NCBI GenBank assembly: GCA_008932965.1
Contig: WBXG01000041.1
Coordinates: 1-14,364 of the forward strand
DNA length: 14,364 nucleotides
Direction: 5' to 3'
Source: Verrucomicrobiota bacterium
GTDB taxonomy: Bacteria > Verrucomicrobiota > Verrucomicrobiia > Chthoniobacterales > UBA6821
A program made the position numbers and the translations under genes. Numbering within the stretch: the stretch's first letter is position 1; each line of letters begins with the position of its first letter. The notes beneath the pieces are model-generated. The model worked only from the letters and a program-made list of their open reading frames with translations. It was not told the origin of the DNA and searched no databases. Below are positions 1 through 9,786 of the stretch, in pieces.

Positions 1-1047
1 AAGCCCCTCATTAGCATCCTGCCTTACCTTATCTTCATCGGCTTCTTGGGCTTGTCTCCTAAGGGCCGCTCTAATTTCATCTGCGCTTAGCTCTTCTCCA
101 CCTGGTAGTAATTTACCAAATTGAAGTTTTACGTCATTCCTTCTAAAATCTGCTTCTAGTGCATCGTAATAGATCTTCCATAGATTTTCACCTTCTTCGA
201 AAATTCTCGTTTCATCGATCCTCTCCTGGAGCTCCTGACTCGATTCTTCCAATTGTTCCCGAGAACTTTCTGGAGAAAAAATTTCTGAACTTTGTTTTTG
301 GGTGTTAGAACCTTCACGTTGATTCAAAGAAAGATTCTTAAGTGTAGTGGTGAGTTCCTCCTCATCCCTCGATAATGAGCCTATGGGAGAAGGATTGGAG
401 CTAGCCTTTTCAGGTAGCATGGGGTGCTGAGGAGGAGGGGTCTGAGGATGTTGACGAAGCTCCGTCTCCCTATCTCGACCATGGAGGGTGAATCTTGTGC
501 CCTCTTCGATAGCGATTCCAAGCACTACAGACTCTAGGATCCACTCGATAATCTCATCCATTCCAGCTTCGAGAGCACTCTCCTCTAATCCCGATTGATA
601 GATCTCTGCTCCTGAAGCAGTGAGATCAAAAGTCAGAATATTAGATTGCAATGAGGGATCGACCTTGATCTCAGAGAAGGAATCCAAAATTCGAGAATGA
701 AGGCTAGGGGAGGAATCGGGATGACAACACCTGCTATAAAAAGCAGCCTCCTCCAAGCTGAGAGTTGCGAGGCATGCAGAAGAGCAATCCAGCTTGGAAA
801 TGAAATGATAGCAATAATCTCCAGGGGAACCTGTGCGTAAGATAGAATCACCGAGTATTTCAATAGCGTAGAGATTCCCGCAATAGCCTGATTCTTCAAA
901 AGCTGAAGTTTGATTCAAAAATTGAGAATACCTTTGAATGGTTATAGATTCTCGATCTCGGTTATTTACTTCATTTATCTGACTCACGAGATGAGTGCTA
1001 CCTAACCCAAGAAGGATGAGTAATGCAATAAAAAGGCGAAATTTCAT
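1..1047 (-). CDS. Hypothetical secreted protein, 3'-partial (C-terminus lies beyond the left edge; at least 349 aa). Absent from the supplied ORF track.
   Basis: Hand translation of the minus strand from the ATG at 1047-1045 gives 349 codons with no stop down to position 1. The N-terminus MKFRLFIALLILLGLGSTHLVSQINE looks like a Sec signal peptide (K/R n-region, hydrophobic core, no lipobox Cys). A Cys-rich block follows (GYCGNLY..DYCYHF..LDCSSACL..RCCH), then an acidic Pro/Ser-rich low-complexity segment (QHPQTPPPQHPMLPEKASSNPSP..), then an acidic helical part (ENLWKIYYDALEADFRRNDVKLQFGKLL..). I recognise no family. Confidence 0.7.
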   Translation of the reverse strand, partial: MKFRLFIALLILLGLGSTHLVSQINEVNNRDRESITIQRYSQFLNQTSAFEESGYCGNLYAIEILGDSILRTGSPGDYCYHFISKLDCSSACLATLSLEEAAFYSRCCHPDSSPSLHSRILDSFSEIKVDPSLQSNILTFDLTASGAEIYQSGLEESALEAGMDEIIEWILESVVLGIAIEEGTRFTLHGRDRETELRQHPQTPPPQHPMLPEKASSNPSPIGSLSRDEEELTTTLKNLSLNQREGSNTQKQSSEIFSPESSREQLEESSQELQERIDETRIFEEGENLWKIYYDALEADFRRNDVKLQFGKLLPGGEELSADEIRAALRRQAQEADEDKVRQDANEGL

Positions 1048-1149
1048 CGTCAGTAGGTAGTCTTTTATCTCTTTTTGAGTCAACTCATAAAATCGATACC
1101 TTATTAATTTTTCTGTTCACTCGATCCGCAAGAATGTATCAATGAGCCC

Positions 1150-1707
1150 ATGCGTCTTCTTATTGCTGGCACAGGGGCTAGTGGTTCTCTCTATCTACAA
1201 CGTTTCTTGCATCACTTAGATGGAAAAAGTCATGAGCTCCACTTGATTTTAAGTAGTTATGCTAAACAAGTGATTCATCAAGAAATCGGTGCTTTGAAAA
1301 TTCCCGAAGGAACGCAGTTTCATCAAGAAAAATCGATGACTGCTTCATGTGCAAGTGGGTCTGCTCTTTTTGATGCAATGATTGTGATTCCTTGCTCTAT
1401 GGGGACGGTTGGACGGATTGCTGCAGGAACGAGCGACTCACTTATTATTCGCTCCGCTGATGTTTTTTTAAAAGAACGTCGCAAGCTCATTCTTGTGGTT
1501 CGCGAAACCCCATGGAATCTCATTCAAGCTCGCAATATCGTGACTGTCATGGAGGCTGGAGCTTCAGTGCTTCCAGCAATGCCCTCCTTTTATAGTAACC
1601 CAAAAACATTCGAAGAATTAGCCGATACGGTTGTGTTTAGGGTTCTTGATCAGCTGGGAATCAATCTTAGTGAGGCCTACCGTTGGGGAGATATTTATCA
1701 AGAATGA
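1150..1707 (+). CDS. ubiX: Flavin prenyltransferase UbiX
   Basis: 185-aa ORF. N-terminal IAGTGASGS nucleotide-binding motif. Conserved UbiX/Pad1 blocks are present: VIPCSMGTVGRIAAGTSDSLIIRSADVFLKERRKLILVVRETP and PAMPSFYSNPKT..VVFRVLDQLGI. Confidence 0.9.
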   Translation: MRLLIAGTGASGSLYLQRFLHHLDGKSHELHLILSSYAKQVIHQEIGALKIPEGTQFHQEKSMTASCASGSALFDAMIVIPCSMGTVGRIAAGTSDSLIIRSADVFLKERRKLILVVRETPWNLIQARNIVTVMEAGASVLPAMPSFYSNPKTFEELADTVVFRVLDQLGINLSEAYRWGDIYQE

Positions 1708-2351
1708 CTCGAGAAACTTTTCTTGCTGCTCTTGCTGCACGGGTAGCTCGTATGCTTTTTAAAACGCTACGACTGAGTGTTGTTGACCATGCCGGATTTT
1801 TATCCAATCCGCTTGCAGTACCATCGATCATCACTTTCTGGCACAATCGTATTCCAGCCATTGCGGTAGGGTTTTTAAGAAAATATCATCATCGCCATCG
1901 TAAGGGGGTCGTTGTTCTTACAAGTCCCAGCAAAGATGGCGATATTCTCTCTGGAGTCATGGCCCGTCTTGGGATGGGCTCGGTGCGTGGATCTAGCTCG
2001 CGCCGTGGATCGACAGCTCTTCGTGAGCTCTCAGCAAAACTAGAAGAGGGTTATGATCTAGCTATTACACCAGATGGTCCTCGTGGCCCAAAATATTGCC
2101 TTGGACCTGGAGTGATTTTTTTAGCACAAAAGACAGGGGCTCCCATTTTACCTCTCCATGCTCGCTATCATTATGCTTTTCGATTGAAAACGTGGGATTC
2201 ATTTTCCATTCCCTTTCCTTTTTCTCGAGTTGATATTATTCTAGACCCTTCTATTACCATTGATCCTTCCCTCTCAGACCTAGAACCAGAACGCCTCAAA
2301 CTTGAACAACTTTTAAAAACAAACGCTCAACATTTCGATGATCCTTCTTGA
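1704..2351 (+). CDS. DUF374-domain protein (lysophospholipid acyltransferase family)
   Basis: DUF374-like signature: FWHNR...[38 protein letters not shown]...[11 protein letters not shown]...[15 protein letters not shown]. The track starts this ORF at a TTG (1683). I prefer the ATG at 1704-1706, which overlaps the ubiX TGA (1705-1707) as ATGA. Confidence 0.8.
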   Translation: MTRETFLAALAARVARMLFKTLRLSVVDHAGFLSNPLAVPSIITFWHNRIPAIAVGFLRKYHHRHRKGVVVLTSPSKDGDILSGVMARLGMGSVRGSSSRRGSTALRELSAKLEEGYDLAITPDGPRGPKYCLGPGVIFLAQKTGAPILPLHARYHYAFRLKTWDSFSIPFPFSRVDIILDPSITIDPSLSDLEPERLKLEQLLKTNAQHFDDPS

Positions 2352-3216
2352 TGGAAAACAGACTGCTGCTTCTCTTGAAGCAGAAACACTAAAACGTATT
2401 GCCCAGCTTCAAAAACGTGGAATCACTCCCGGTCTTGCAGTCGTATTAATTGGCGAAAATCCAGCTTCGCAAGCCTATGTTCGAAACAAAGATCGCACCT
2501 GCTCAAGGCTCGGTATGCTTTCGCGTAAATTAGAACTCCCTGCAAGCACAACGCAAAAAGAGTTGTTAGAAGTCATCGATGAGCTCAATGAAGATCCGCT
2601 CATCCACGGTATTCTTGTTCAATCCCCACCTCCCTCTCATATCGATGAAAAAACCATTACTCTGGCGATTGATCCCAAAAAAGATGTTGATGGGTTCCAT
2701 CCAATCAACGTTGCAAAACTCGCTATGGATGACCCAACTGGATTTGTTCCTTGCACACCGCTGGGATGTCAGCACCTTCTAAAAGCCTATGATATTCGAA
2801 CACGTGGAGCCCATGTTGTGGTCGTAGGACGCAGTCTTATTGTTGGAAAGCCAATGGCTCTTTTACTTCTTCAAAAAGGTCTTGGTGGTGATGCCACTGT
2901 TACCATTGCTCATTCTCAAACGCGCGATCTAGCTGCAATCACCCGCAGTGCTGATATTGTTATTGCAGCACTCGGCCGAGCTCATGCTTTGGGGGCTGAG
3001 CATATTCGTGAAGGGGCTGTGGTGATAGATGTTGGTATCAATCGTATTGATGATGCTTCTAAACCCTGTGGATACAGGCTTGTCGGGGATGTTGACTTTG
3101 AATCTGTCAAAGAAAAATGCTATGCCATCACTCCGGTTCCCGGAGGTGTTGGTCCAATGACGATTGCGATGTTGATGCAAAATACTGTCACTGCTTGTGA
3201 AAGATTCACACAATAA
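2338..3216 (+). CDS. folD: Bifunctional methylenetetrahydrofolate dehydrogenase/cyclohydrolase FolD
   Basis: 292 aa. It begins [13 protein letters not shown] and contains [61 protein letters not shown] and [16 protein letters not shown], all typical FolD blocks. The start overlaps the upstream CDS by 14 nt. Confidence 0.95.
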   Translation: MILLDGKQTAASLEAETLKRIAQLQKRGITPGLAVVLIGENPASQAYVRNKDRTCSRLGMLSRKLELPASTTQKELLEVIDELNEDPLIHGILVQSPPPSHIDEKTITLAIDPKKDVDGFHPINVAKLAMDDPTGFVPCTPLGCQHLLKAYDIRTRGAHVVVVGRSLIVGKPMALLLLQKGLGGDATVTIAHSQTRDLAAITRSADIVIAALGRAHALGAEHIREGAVVIDVGINRIDDASKPCGYRLVGDVDFESVKEKCYAITPVPGGVGPMTIAMLMQNTVTACERFTQ

Positions 3217-3244
3217 CGCGCATGAGAACATTTTCTTTTACTCC

Positions 3245-3272
3245 TAGCCCGGATATTTCATGCTGAAATATC
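3245..3272. repeat. Terminus-like fragment of the element inserted in ribD. It forms a perfect 9-bp hairpin (GATATTTCA tgc TGAAATATC).
   Basis: 3245-3266 (tagcccggatatttcatgctga) matches the reverse complement of 13277-13298 at 21 of 22 positions. 3252-3260 and 3264-3272 are perfect inverted repeats with a 3-nt loop. It lies 29 nt after the folD stop, with no T-tract following. Confidence 0.6.
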
Positions 3273-3357
3273 ATGTGACTCTGTGCAAAGCCTATTAGTA
3301 TTGTCAAAGTGCTTAGAAATTACAGGAAAGAGCCTTTGAGATTCTATTTCTATCTTT

Positions 3358-4074
3358 GTGAACAAGACCTCCTCCTCATTTCCTAAAACTGCTGCCCTCA
3401 TTGTAGCTGGGGGATCGAGTCTTCGTTTTGGTGGTGATAAGTTAATGGCCTCTCTTCTAGGGAGACCGCTTATTACCTATAGCCTGCTAGCATTTGCTAA
3501 GACCTCCTTGATCTCTTCTATCATCCTTGTTGTTCCTTCCAAGCGAGAAGAGGAATTTCAAGGTGTGATAGATTCCTTAAATAATCCGAGACTCTCTGAG
3601 ATCATTCGTATTATTCCTGGGGGAGAGAGTCGTCATGCATCGGTACAACGTGGTCTTATCGCTCTATCGGATTCATGTGCCTTTGTTGCTATTCACGATG
3701 CTGCTCGCCCTCTTATTAAACAAGATCAGATCGAAGGAGTCTGCAAAGCAGCTTATAGTGTAGGAGCCGCAGCCTTAGCTCTTCCAGTTGCTGAAACACT
3801 ACACCGCAGTGATGCTAGCGGTTATGCCCAAGAAACAATCGATCGTCATCAACTTTGGTCAATGCAAACTCCTCAAGTCTTTCGTGTAAAGGAAATGCTT
3901 CGTATCATTCATGAAGATAAGAAATCACTTAGGATTCCCACCGATGAAGTATCTGCTTTGCTTTCGCATGGGATTAAAACGATGTTAATTGAGAATCGTG
4001 TTCCGAATATTAAAGTCACTTACCAAGAGGATCTCAGGCTTGTAAGGGCATCCTTAGAGAACTCTTCGCAATAA
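3358..4074 (+). CDS. ispD: 2-C-methyl-D-erythritol 4-phosphate cytidylyltransferase IspD
   Basis: 238 aa with a GTG start and no in-frame ATG nearby. Contains AALIVAGGSSLRFGGDK (the P-loop-like IspD motif), VVPS, IIPGGESRHASV, VAIHDAARPL and MQTPQVF. Confidence 0.9.
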   Translation: MNKTSSSFPKTAALIVAGGSSLRFGGDKLMASLLGRPLITYSLLAFAKTSLISSIILVVPSKREEEFQGVIDSLNNPRLSEIIRIIPGGESRHASVQRGLIALSDSCAFVAIHDAARPLIKQDQIEGVCKAAYSVGAAALALPVAETLHRSDASGYAQETIDRHQLWSMQTPQVFRVKEMLRIIHEDKKSLRIPTDEVSALLSHGIKTMLIENRVPNIKVTYQEDLRLVRASLENSSQ

Positions 4075-4092
4075 ATCCTGAAGCATTGTCAA

Positions 4093-4551
4093 CTACGTTA
4101 ATAGTCGCTGTACAAGTGCACTCAACTGACGTCCATCGGCTCGTCCTGCGGCCTTTGCTTGGGCTCCTTTCATCACTGCTCCCATTTGAGCCTTGGAGGT
4201 AGCACCGACTTCAGCGATCACCTCGCGCACAAGAAGTTCCATCTCGATTTCAGTAAGACTTTGAGGAAGGTAAGTTCTTAGGATTGCAATTTCTGTTTTT
4301 TCCTTCTCAGCAAGTTCAGGTCGGCCACCTTGCTCAAAGCTCATTACTGAATCCTCTCGTTGCTTGATCTGTTTACGCAATACTGCAGAAGTATCTTCTT
4401 CAGAGAGAGGAGTGGTTACGCCTCCCTTTTCAATAGCAGCATAGTTGAGTGCTGATTTTACCATCCGGAGTGTTCCTAACTTGAAAGCATCCTTGGCCTT
4501 CATTGCTTCTTTGAGGTCGCAATCAATTTGTTGTACAAGATTCATATTCAT
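4093..4551 (-). CDS. yqeY: GatB/YqeY domain-containing protein
   Basis: 152 aa. Contains L..DLKEAMKAKD..KLGTLRMVKSAL...LSEEDTSAVLRKQIKQREDS...GGRPELAEKEKTEIAILRTYLP...GATSKAQMGAVMK, the typical YqeY-family pattern. It is convergent with ispD across an 18-nt gap. Confidence 0.9.
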   Translation of the reverse strand: MNMNLVQQIDCDLKEAMKAKDAFKLGTLRMVKSALNYAAIEKGGVTTPLSEEDTSAVLRKQIKQREDSVMSFEQGGRPELAEKEKTEIAILRTYLPQSLTEIEMELLVREVIAEVGATSKAQMGAVMKGAQAKAAGRADGRQLSALVQRLLT

Positions 4552-4666
4552 AAAATTTTTTTATAGGAGGTAACAAGTTCTTTTGTTTTGAAAAAAAGCT
4601 TGAGTCCACATATTTCACACAAATCCATTACGGCTTGTGGATAGCTTATCATTACTGCGTGGGTCT

Positions 4667-4726
4667 CGAATTGTGATTTTAATTTAGCTGGTAGGGACCT
4701 CTACAGCCCGGCATCACAATCCTTCG
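4667..4726. repeat. Nested imperfect palindrome in the atpC-yqeY spacer
   Basis: The outer stem is ATTGTGAT (4670-4677) with ATCACAAT (4713-4720), plus 3 more bp (4667-4669 with 4724-4726) across a bulge. The inner stem is GCTGGTAG (4687-4694) with CTACAGC (4701-4707), with one bulged base and the loop ggacct. No T-tract on either strand. Confidence 0.5.
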
Positions 4727-4788
4727 CCCCTCTTGTACTAATGAACTGTGCACGGTGCCTCATGATACTTCAGTATAGAATATTCGAA

Positions 4789-5199
4789 TTAATGATGATG
4801 ACGTCTCTTCACACGGAGCTTTGCCAATGAGTGTAACAGGGATGACTGAACCAGTGCCACCTCCTCATGAGAGAGTGTTTGGTCTTTCAATTCTTTTTCC
4901 GCAAGAGCCACTGCTTTTTCTGCTGCATGTTCATCAATATCTGCTTCATCAATGGCCATTTCCGTCATGATGGAGACACGATCAGGTCGTACTTCTAAAA
5001 AACCTTCACCGACGGCCATGCGAAGTTCCTTTCCCCCTTGTTGGATACGTAATTCTCCAGGGACAATCTGAGTCATTAAACCAACATGCTGGGGTAAAAT
5101 TCCTAGCTCCCCATCCACTCCAGGTACGATGACCCCTTCTACTTCTGCTTGGTAGGCGAGTGCTTCAGGTGTGACAATTTCAAGGTGAAGGGTTGGCAT
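4789..5199 (-). CDS. atpC: F1 ATP synthase subunit epsilon
   Basis: 136 aa. It starts 3 nt after the atpD stop. LEIVTPE...VIVPGVDGELGILPQHVGLMTQIVPGELRI fits the epsilon beta-sandwich, followed by a helical C-terminal domain. Confidence 0.9.
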   Translation of the reverse strand: MPTLHLEIVTPEALAYQAEVEGVIVPGVDGELGILPQHVGLMTQIVPGELRIQQGGKELRMAVGEGFLEVRPDRVSIMTEMAIDEADIDEHAAEKAVALAEKELKDQTLSHEEVALVQSSLLHSLAKLRVKRRHHH

Positions 5200-5202
5200 A
5201 GT

Positions 5203-6724
<1,522 letters not shown>

Positions 6725-6750
6725 CTTGAAGATAAATGATAGACTCAATT

Positions 6751-7665
6751 TTAACCTAATGCCATCTGAGCAGTAGTGATTTCAAGGAGTTCTGTGGTGA
6801 TGCTTGCTTGGCGTGCTTTGTTATATTCGAGTGTAAGATCTTTAACTAGATTTTTGGCATTATCCGTTGCAGCTTTCATTGCCACCATACGAGCACTTTG
6901 TTCGGAAGCACGTTCATCAAGTATTTTTTGAAATACTTCGAAATGAAATGAGTAAGGAAGAATAGCATTAAGTACACTTTGAGTACTTGGTTCGAAAAGA
7001 TATTCTCCGATTTCACTACTCTCATTTTCCGAATCTTTTTCAGCTGTTATAGGACGTTCAAGGGAGGAGGAGGCATTAGGTGAGGGGACCATGCCATCAG
7101 CTTTTTCGATGCTAATAGGAAGCAACTGAAGATTCACTGGGCGTTGCACAAGGGTATTAATAAATTTTGGATAGAGGATATTCACTTGATCCACAGCTCC
7201 AGAAAGGAATTGTTCCAAACAAAATTGAGAGATCGGTTTGGTTTGTAAAAAAGCTGGATTATCAGGAAGCGTAAAGTCAGCAATCATCTGACGTCCTGTC
7301 CGAGCAAGGAAAGAGGCGCCTTTGCGACCTACAGCGACAAAAAGTGTGGTGGAGGTATCTAGCAATGATGCATCACGTAGCACATTCGTATTAAGTGCAC
7401 CGCACAATCCTTTGTCAGAAGTAAGCAAAATAACTAATGTTTTGTGGACATCTCTTTGTGCGAGTAGTGGATGAGATTCTTTATCCACATGGTCACGCAA
7501 GGAAACAAGCACTTCATTGAGCACCTCTGAATAAGGGCGTCCAGCCACGGCTGCCTGTTGCGCTCGACGCATCTTGGAGGCAGCCACCATCTCCATCGCC
7601 TTAGTGATTTGAGAGGTATTTTTGACCGACTTAATCCGTCGTCGAATATCGCGAGTGTTAGCCAT
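6751..7665 (-). CDS. atpG: F1 ATP synthase subunit gamma
   Basis: 304 aa. N-terminus MANTRDIRRRIKSVKNTSQITKAMEMVAASKMRRAQ and C-terminus LEYNKARQASITTELLEI are the conserved gamma coiled-coil ends. Contains DKGLCGALN. Confidence 0.95.
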   Translation of the reverse strand: MANTRDIRRRIKSVKNTSQITKAMEMVAASKMRRAQQAAVAGRPYSEVLNEVLVSLRDHVDKESHPLLAQRDVHKTLVILLTSDKGLCGALNTNVLRDASLLDTSTTLFVAVGRKGASFLARTGRQMIADFTLPDNPAFLQTKPISQFCLEQFLSGAVDQVNILYPKFINTLVQRPVNLQLLPISIEKADGMVPSPNASSSLERPITAEKDSENESSEIGEYLFEPSTQSVLNAILPYSFHFEVFQKILDERASEQSARMVAMKAATDNAKNLVKDLTLEYNKARQASITTELLEITTAQMALG

Positions 7666-7695
7666 GTGAGGAGTGAGTGAACCGTAATCGGAGTG

Positions 7696-7802
7696 TTGAA
7701 AGAAGAATCAACGCTGCTGTTTCTAGGTAACAATAAAATTATTTATTAATTTTTATAAAATGGAATGGAGAGAAAAAGATTCTAGGTCTCTTGAAAGAAG
7801 AA
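7696..7802 (-). repeat. Pair of 12-nt direct repeats in the atpA-atpG spacer, bracketing two copies of TTCTAGGT
   Basis: TTGAAAGAAGAA occurs at 7696-7707 and 7791-7802 (UUCUUCUUUCAA on the transcript). TTCTAGGT occurs at 7721-7728 and 7780-7787 (ACCUAGAA on the transcript). An A/T-only stretch lies between them at about 7733-7760. Confidence 0.6.
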
Positions 7803-7808
7803 GAGAGC

Positions 7809-9344
7809 TTAGGTGGTGACTGCTTTGAACTCATCAAGAGCATCCCCTAATTCCTTTTCTAAAGATGCATCAAATGCTTTTTTTGTTAGAATACTCAAAA
7901 GAACCGATTCCTTGCGTGTTGAGAGAAACTCTTCCATCTTTGCTTGAAATTCTTGAACTTGGTTCACTGGAACTTCATTGAAATATCCTTTTTGCATTGC
8001 CCAGAGAATAGCTGCTTGGAGTTCCACCGAAAGAGGTTTGTGTTGACCTTGTTTAAAAAGTTCTACGATACGCTGTCCACGATCCAGTTGAGACTTGGTA
8101 CGTGCATCAAGATCACTTCCAAATTGTGCAAAGGCTGCTAATTCACGATACTGCGCAAGATCACCTTTTAATTTACCAGCGACTTGTTTCATTGCTTTGA
8201 TTTGAGCTGCTGAACCAACACGAGAAACCGAAAGTCCTACAGAAATAGCAGGTCGAATTCCTTGGTAAAAAAGATCGGTCTCTAAATAAATCTGCCCATC
8301 AGTAATAGAAATGACATTGGTTGGAATATAGGCAGAAACATCACCGGCTTGTGTTTCAATAATAGGAAGTGCGGTGAGTGATCCATTACCTGCTTTTTCA
8401 CTCAGACGTGCAGAGCGCTCCAGTAAACGGCTATGCAGGTAGAAGACATCTCCTGGATAGGCTTCACGTCCTGAAGGACGTTTGAGCAATAGAGAAATTT
8501 GACGATACCCAACGGCATGCTTGGAAAGATCATCGAAAATAATTAATGCATCCATTCCATGATCCATGAACCACTCTCCCATAGCTGCTCCGGCAAAAGG
8601 TGAGATATATTGATCTGCAGCAGCATTGGAGGCAGTTGAAGAAATAATAATCGTATACTTGAGCGCATCGTGTTGTTCAAGAGCATTAATAACTCGAGCC
8701 ACATTAGCGACACGTTGACCAATAGCCACGTAGATCGAGTAGAGAGGACGGAACTGTGGGTCCCCACTTTCCTCTCCTACACGGTTGATTCGTGCTTGGT
8801 TAATAATGGTATCAATAGCAATGGTAGTTTTTCCTGTGGCACGGTCACCGATGATTAATTCACGTTGACCACGTCCGATAGGAACCATGGCATCAATCGA
8901 CATAATCCCTGTTTGTACCGGCTGTGAAACTCCTTGGCGCTTGATGATTCCAGGAGCAATTTTTTCCACAGGATAGAATTCTTCATTTCCTAATTCCCCT
9001 TTGCCATCTACTGGACGACCTAATGCATCGACAACACGACCCAATAATTTTTTTCCAACAGGAACTTGAAGTAAGCGTCCCGTTGTCGTGACCTCATCTC
9101 CTTCGCTAATTTTGGTATAGTCCCCTAAAATAATGGCACCAACTTCGGTTTCCTCAAGGTTGAGAGCTAATCCGTAAATGCCTCCAGGAAATTGCAACAT
9201 TTCATTGAGCATGACGCTACTGAGTCCCTCAATGCGAGCAACCCCATCACCAATTTCTCGGACGATACCAACATTGGTTTTTGTAACGTTGGAGGAACGA
9301 AGAGAGCCGATTTTCTGTTCTAATTCTTGTAAAAGAGTACTCAT
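7809..9344 (-). CDS. atpA: F1 ATP synthase subunit alpha
   Basis: 511 aa. Contains Walker [53 protein letters not shown] and ITDGQIYLE. Confidence 0.98.
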   Translation of the reverse strand: MSTLLQELEQKIGSLRSSNVTKTNVGIVREIGDGVARIEGLSSVMLNEMLQFPGGIYGLALNLEETEVGAIILGDYTKISEGDEVTTTGRLLQVPVGKKLLGRVVDALGRPVDGKGELGNEEFYPVEKIAPGIIKRQGVSQPVQTGIMSIDAMVPIGRGQRELIIGDRATGKTTIAIDTIINQARINRVGEESGDPQFRPLYSIYVAIGQRVANVARVINALEQHDALKYTIIISSTASNAAADQYISPFAGAAMGEWFMDHGMDALIIFDDLSKHAVGYRQISLLLKRPSGREAYPGDVFYLHSRLLERSARLSEKAGNGSLTALPIIETQAGDVSAYIPTNVISITDGQIYLETDLFYQGIRPAISVGLSVSRVGSAAQIKAMKQVAGKLKGDLAQYRELAAFAQFGSDLDARTKSQLDRGQRIVELFKQGQHKPLSVELQAAILWAMQKGYFNEVPVNQVQEFQAKMEEFLSTRKESVLLSILTKKAFDASLEKELGDALDEFKAVTT

Positions 9345-9396
9345 ATCAAAAGTGATGGGTTAAAAGGTTAAAAAGGTGAAAGCGTTATGAAAAAGA

Positions 9397-9783
9397 CTAT
9401 ATATTGTTTAATTGATGAAGTTTTGCAGAGATGCTTCCATCCCAAACGTCACTTCCAAGACGAATGCGAGTACCGCCGAGAAGGGAAGGATTCACGATTA
9501 TTGAAACATCAACTTGATCGTCACGAGACTGAAGTGCAGTAATGATCTCCGCTTGGGAGGAAGGTTCCAGGGGTGTTGCACTTTCCACAATAGCTTGATG
9601 AGCATTCAGCTGTAATCGGGTGAGGCGTGTGAATTCTTTGAGAATTTCAAAAGCAGCACGTGGTCGTTTTGAAACAAGTGTCTCAGCAATGATGAGGCTC
9701 CTAGAGTGATCCAGCCGGCCATTGACTAAAGATGCATCAAAAAGTTGGCGTGCTTGCCTTTTAGCCTCACGGGAAAGTTTCAT
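9397..9783 (-). CDS. atpH: F1 ATP synthase subunit delta (OSCP), unusually short at 128 aa
   Basis: It sits between atpF and atpA. The C-terminal half (AIVESATPL...VDVSIIVNPSLLGGTRIRLGSDVWDGSISAKLHQL) matches the conserved delta/OSCP C-terminal domain. The ATG lies 3 nt after the atpF stop, so no upstream extension is possible. Confidence 0.75.
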   Translation of the reverse strand: MKLSREAKRQARQLFDASLVNGRLDHSRSLIIAETLVSKRPRAAFEILKEFTRLTRLQLNAHQAIVESATPLEPSSQAEIITALQSRDDQVDVSIIVNPSLLGGTRIRLGSDVWDGSISAKLHQLNNI

Positions 9784-9786
9784 AAA

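Noticed and set aside
633-899. Track ORF of 88 aa on the minus strand
   Set aside because: It is in a different frame and lies wholly inside the 349-codon stop-free frame that has a signal peptide (1-1047). Its sequence is low-information hydrophobic shadow text, so I treat it as an overlapping spurious ORF.
1076-1087. 12-bp inverted repeat TGAGT-CA-ACTCA in the divergent spacer between the secreted-protein gene and ubiX, as a possible operator
   Set aside because: It has only 5-bp arms, there is no second copy, and no recognisable promoter elements anchor it. It is too weak to call.
4552-4788. Possible tRNA or small RNA gene in the long atpC-yqeY spacer (GGGTCTCGAATTG resembles a T-arm)
   Set aside because: There is no complementary T-stem, no acceptor stem and no cloverleaf. 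I kept only the palindrome as a repeat or structure.
4789-4806. Epsilon subunit ends in ..KRRHHH (His-tag-like)
   Set aside because: There are only three His residues, preceded by a basic tail and followed by a natural TAA. This is not evidence of engineering.
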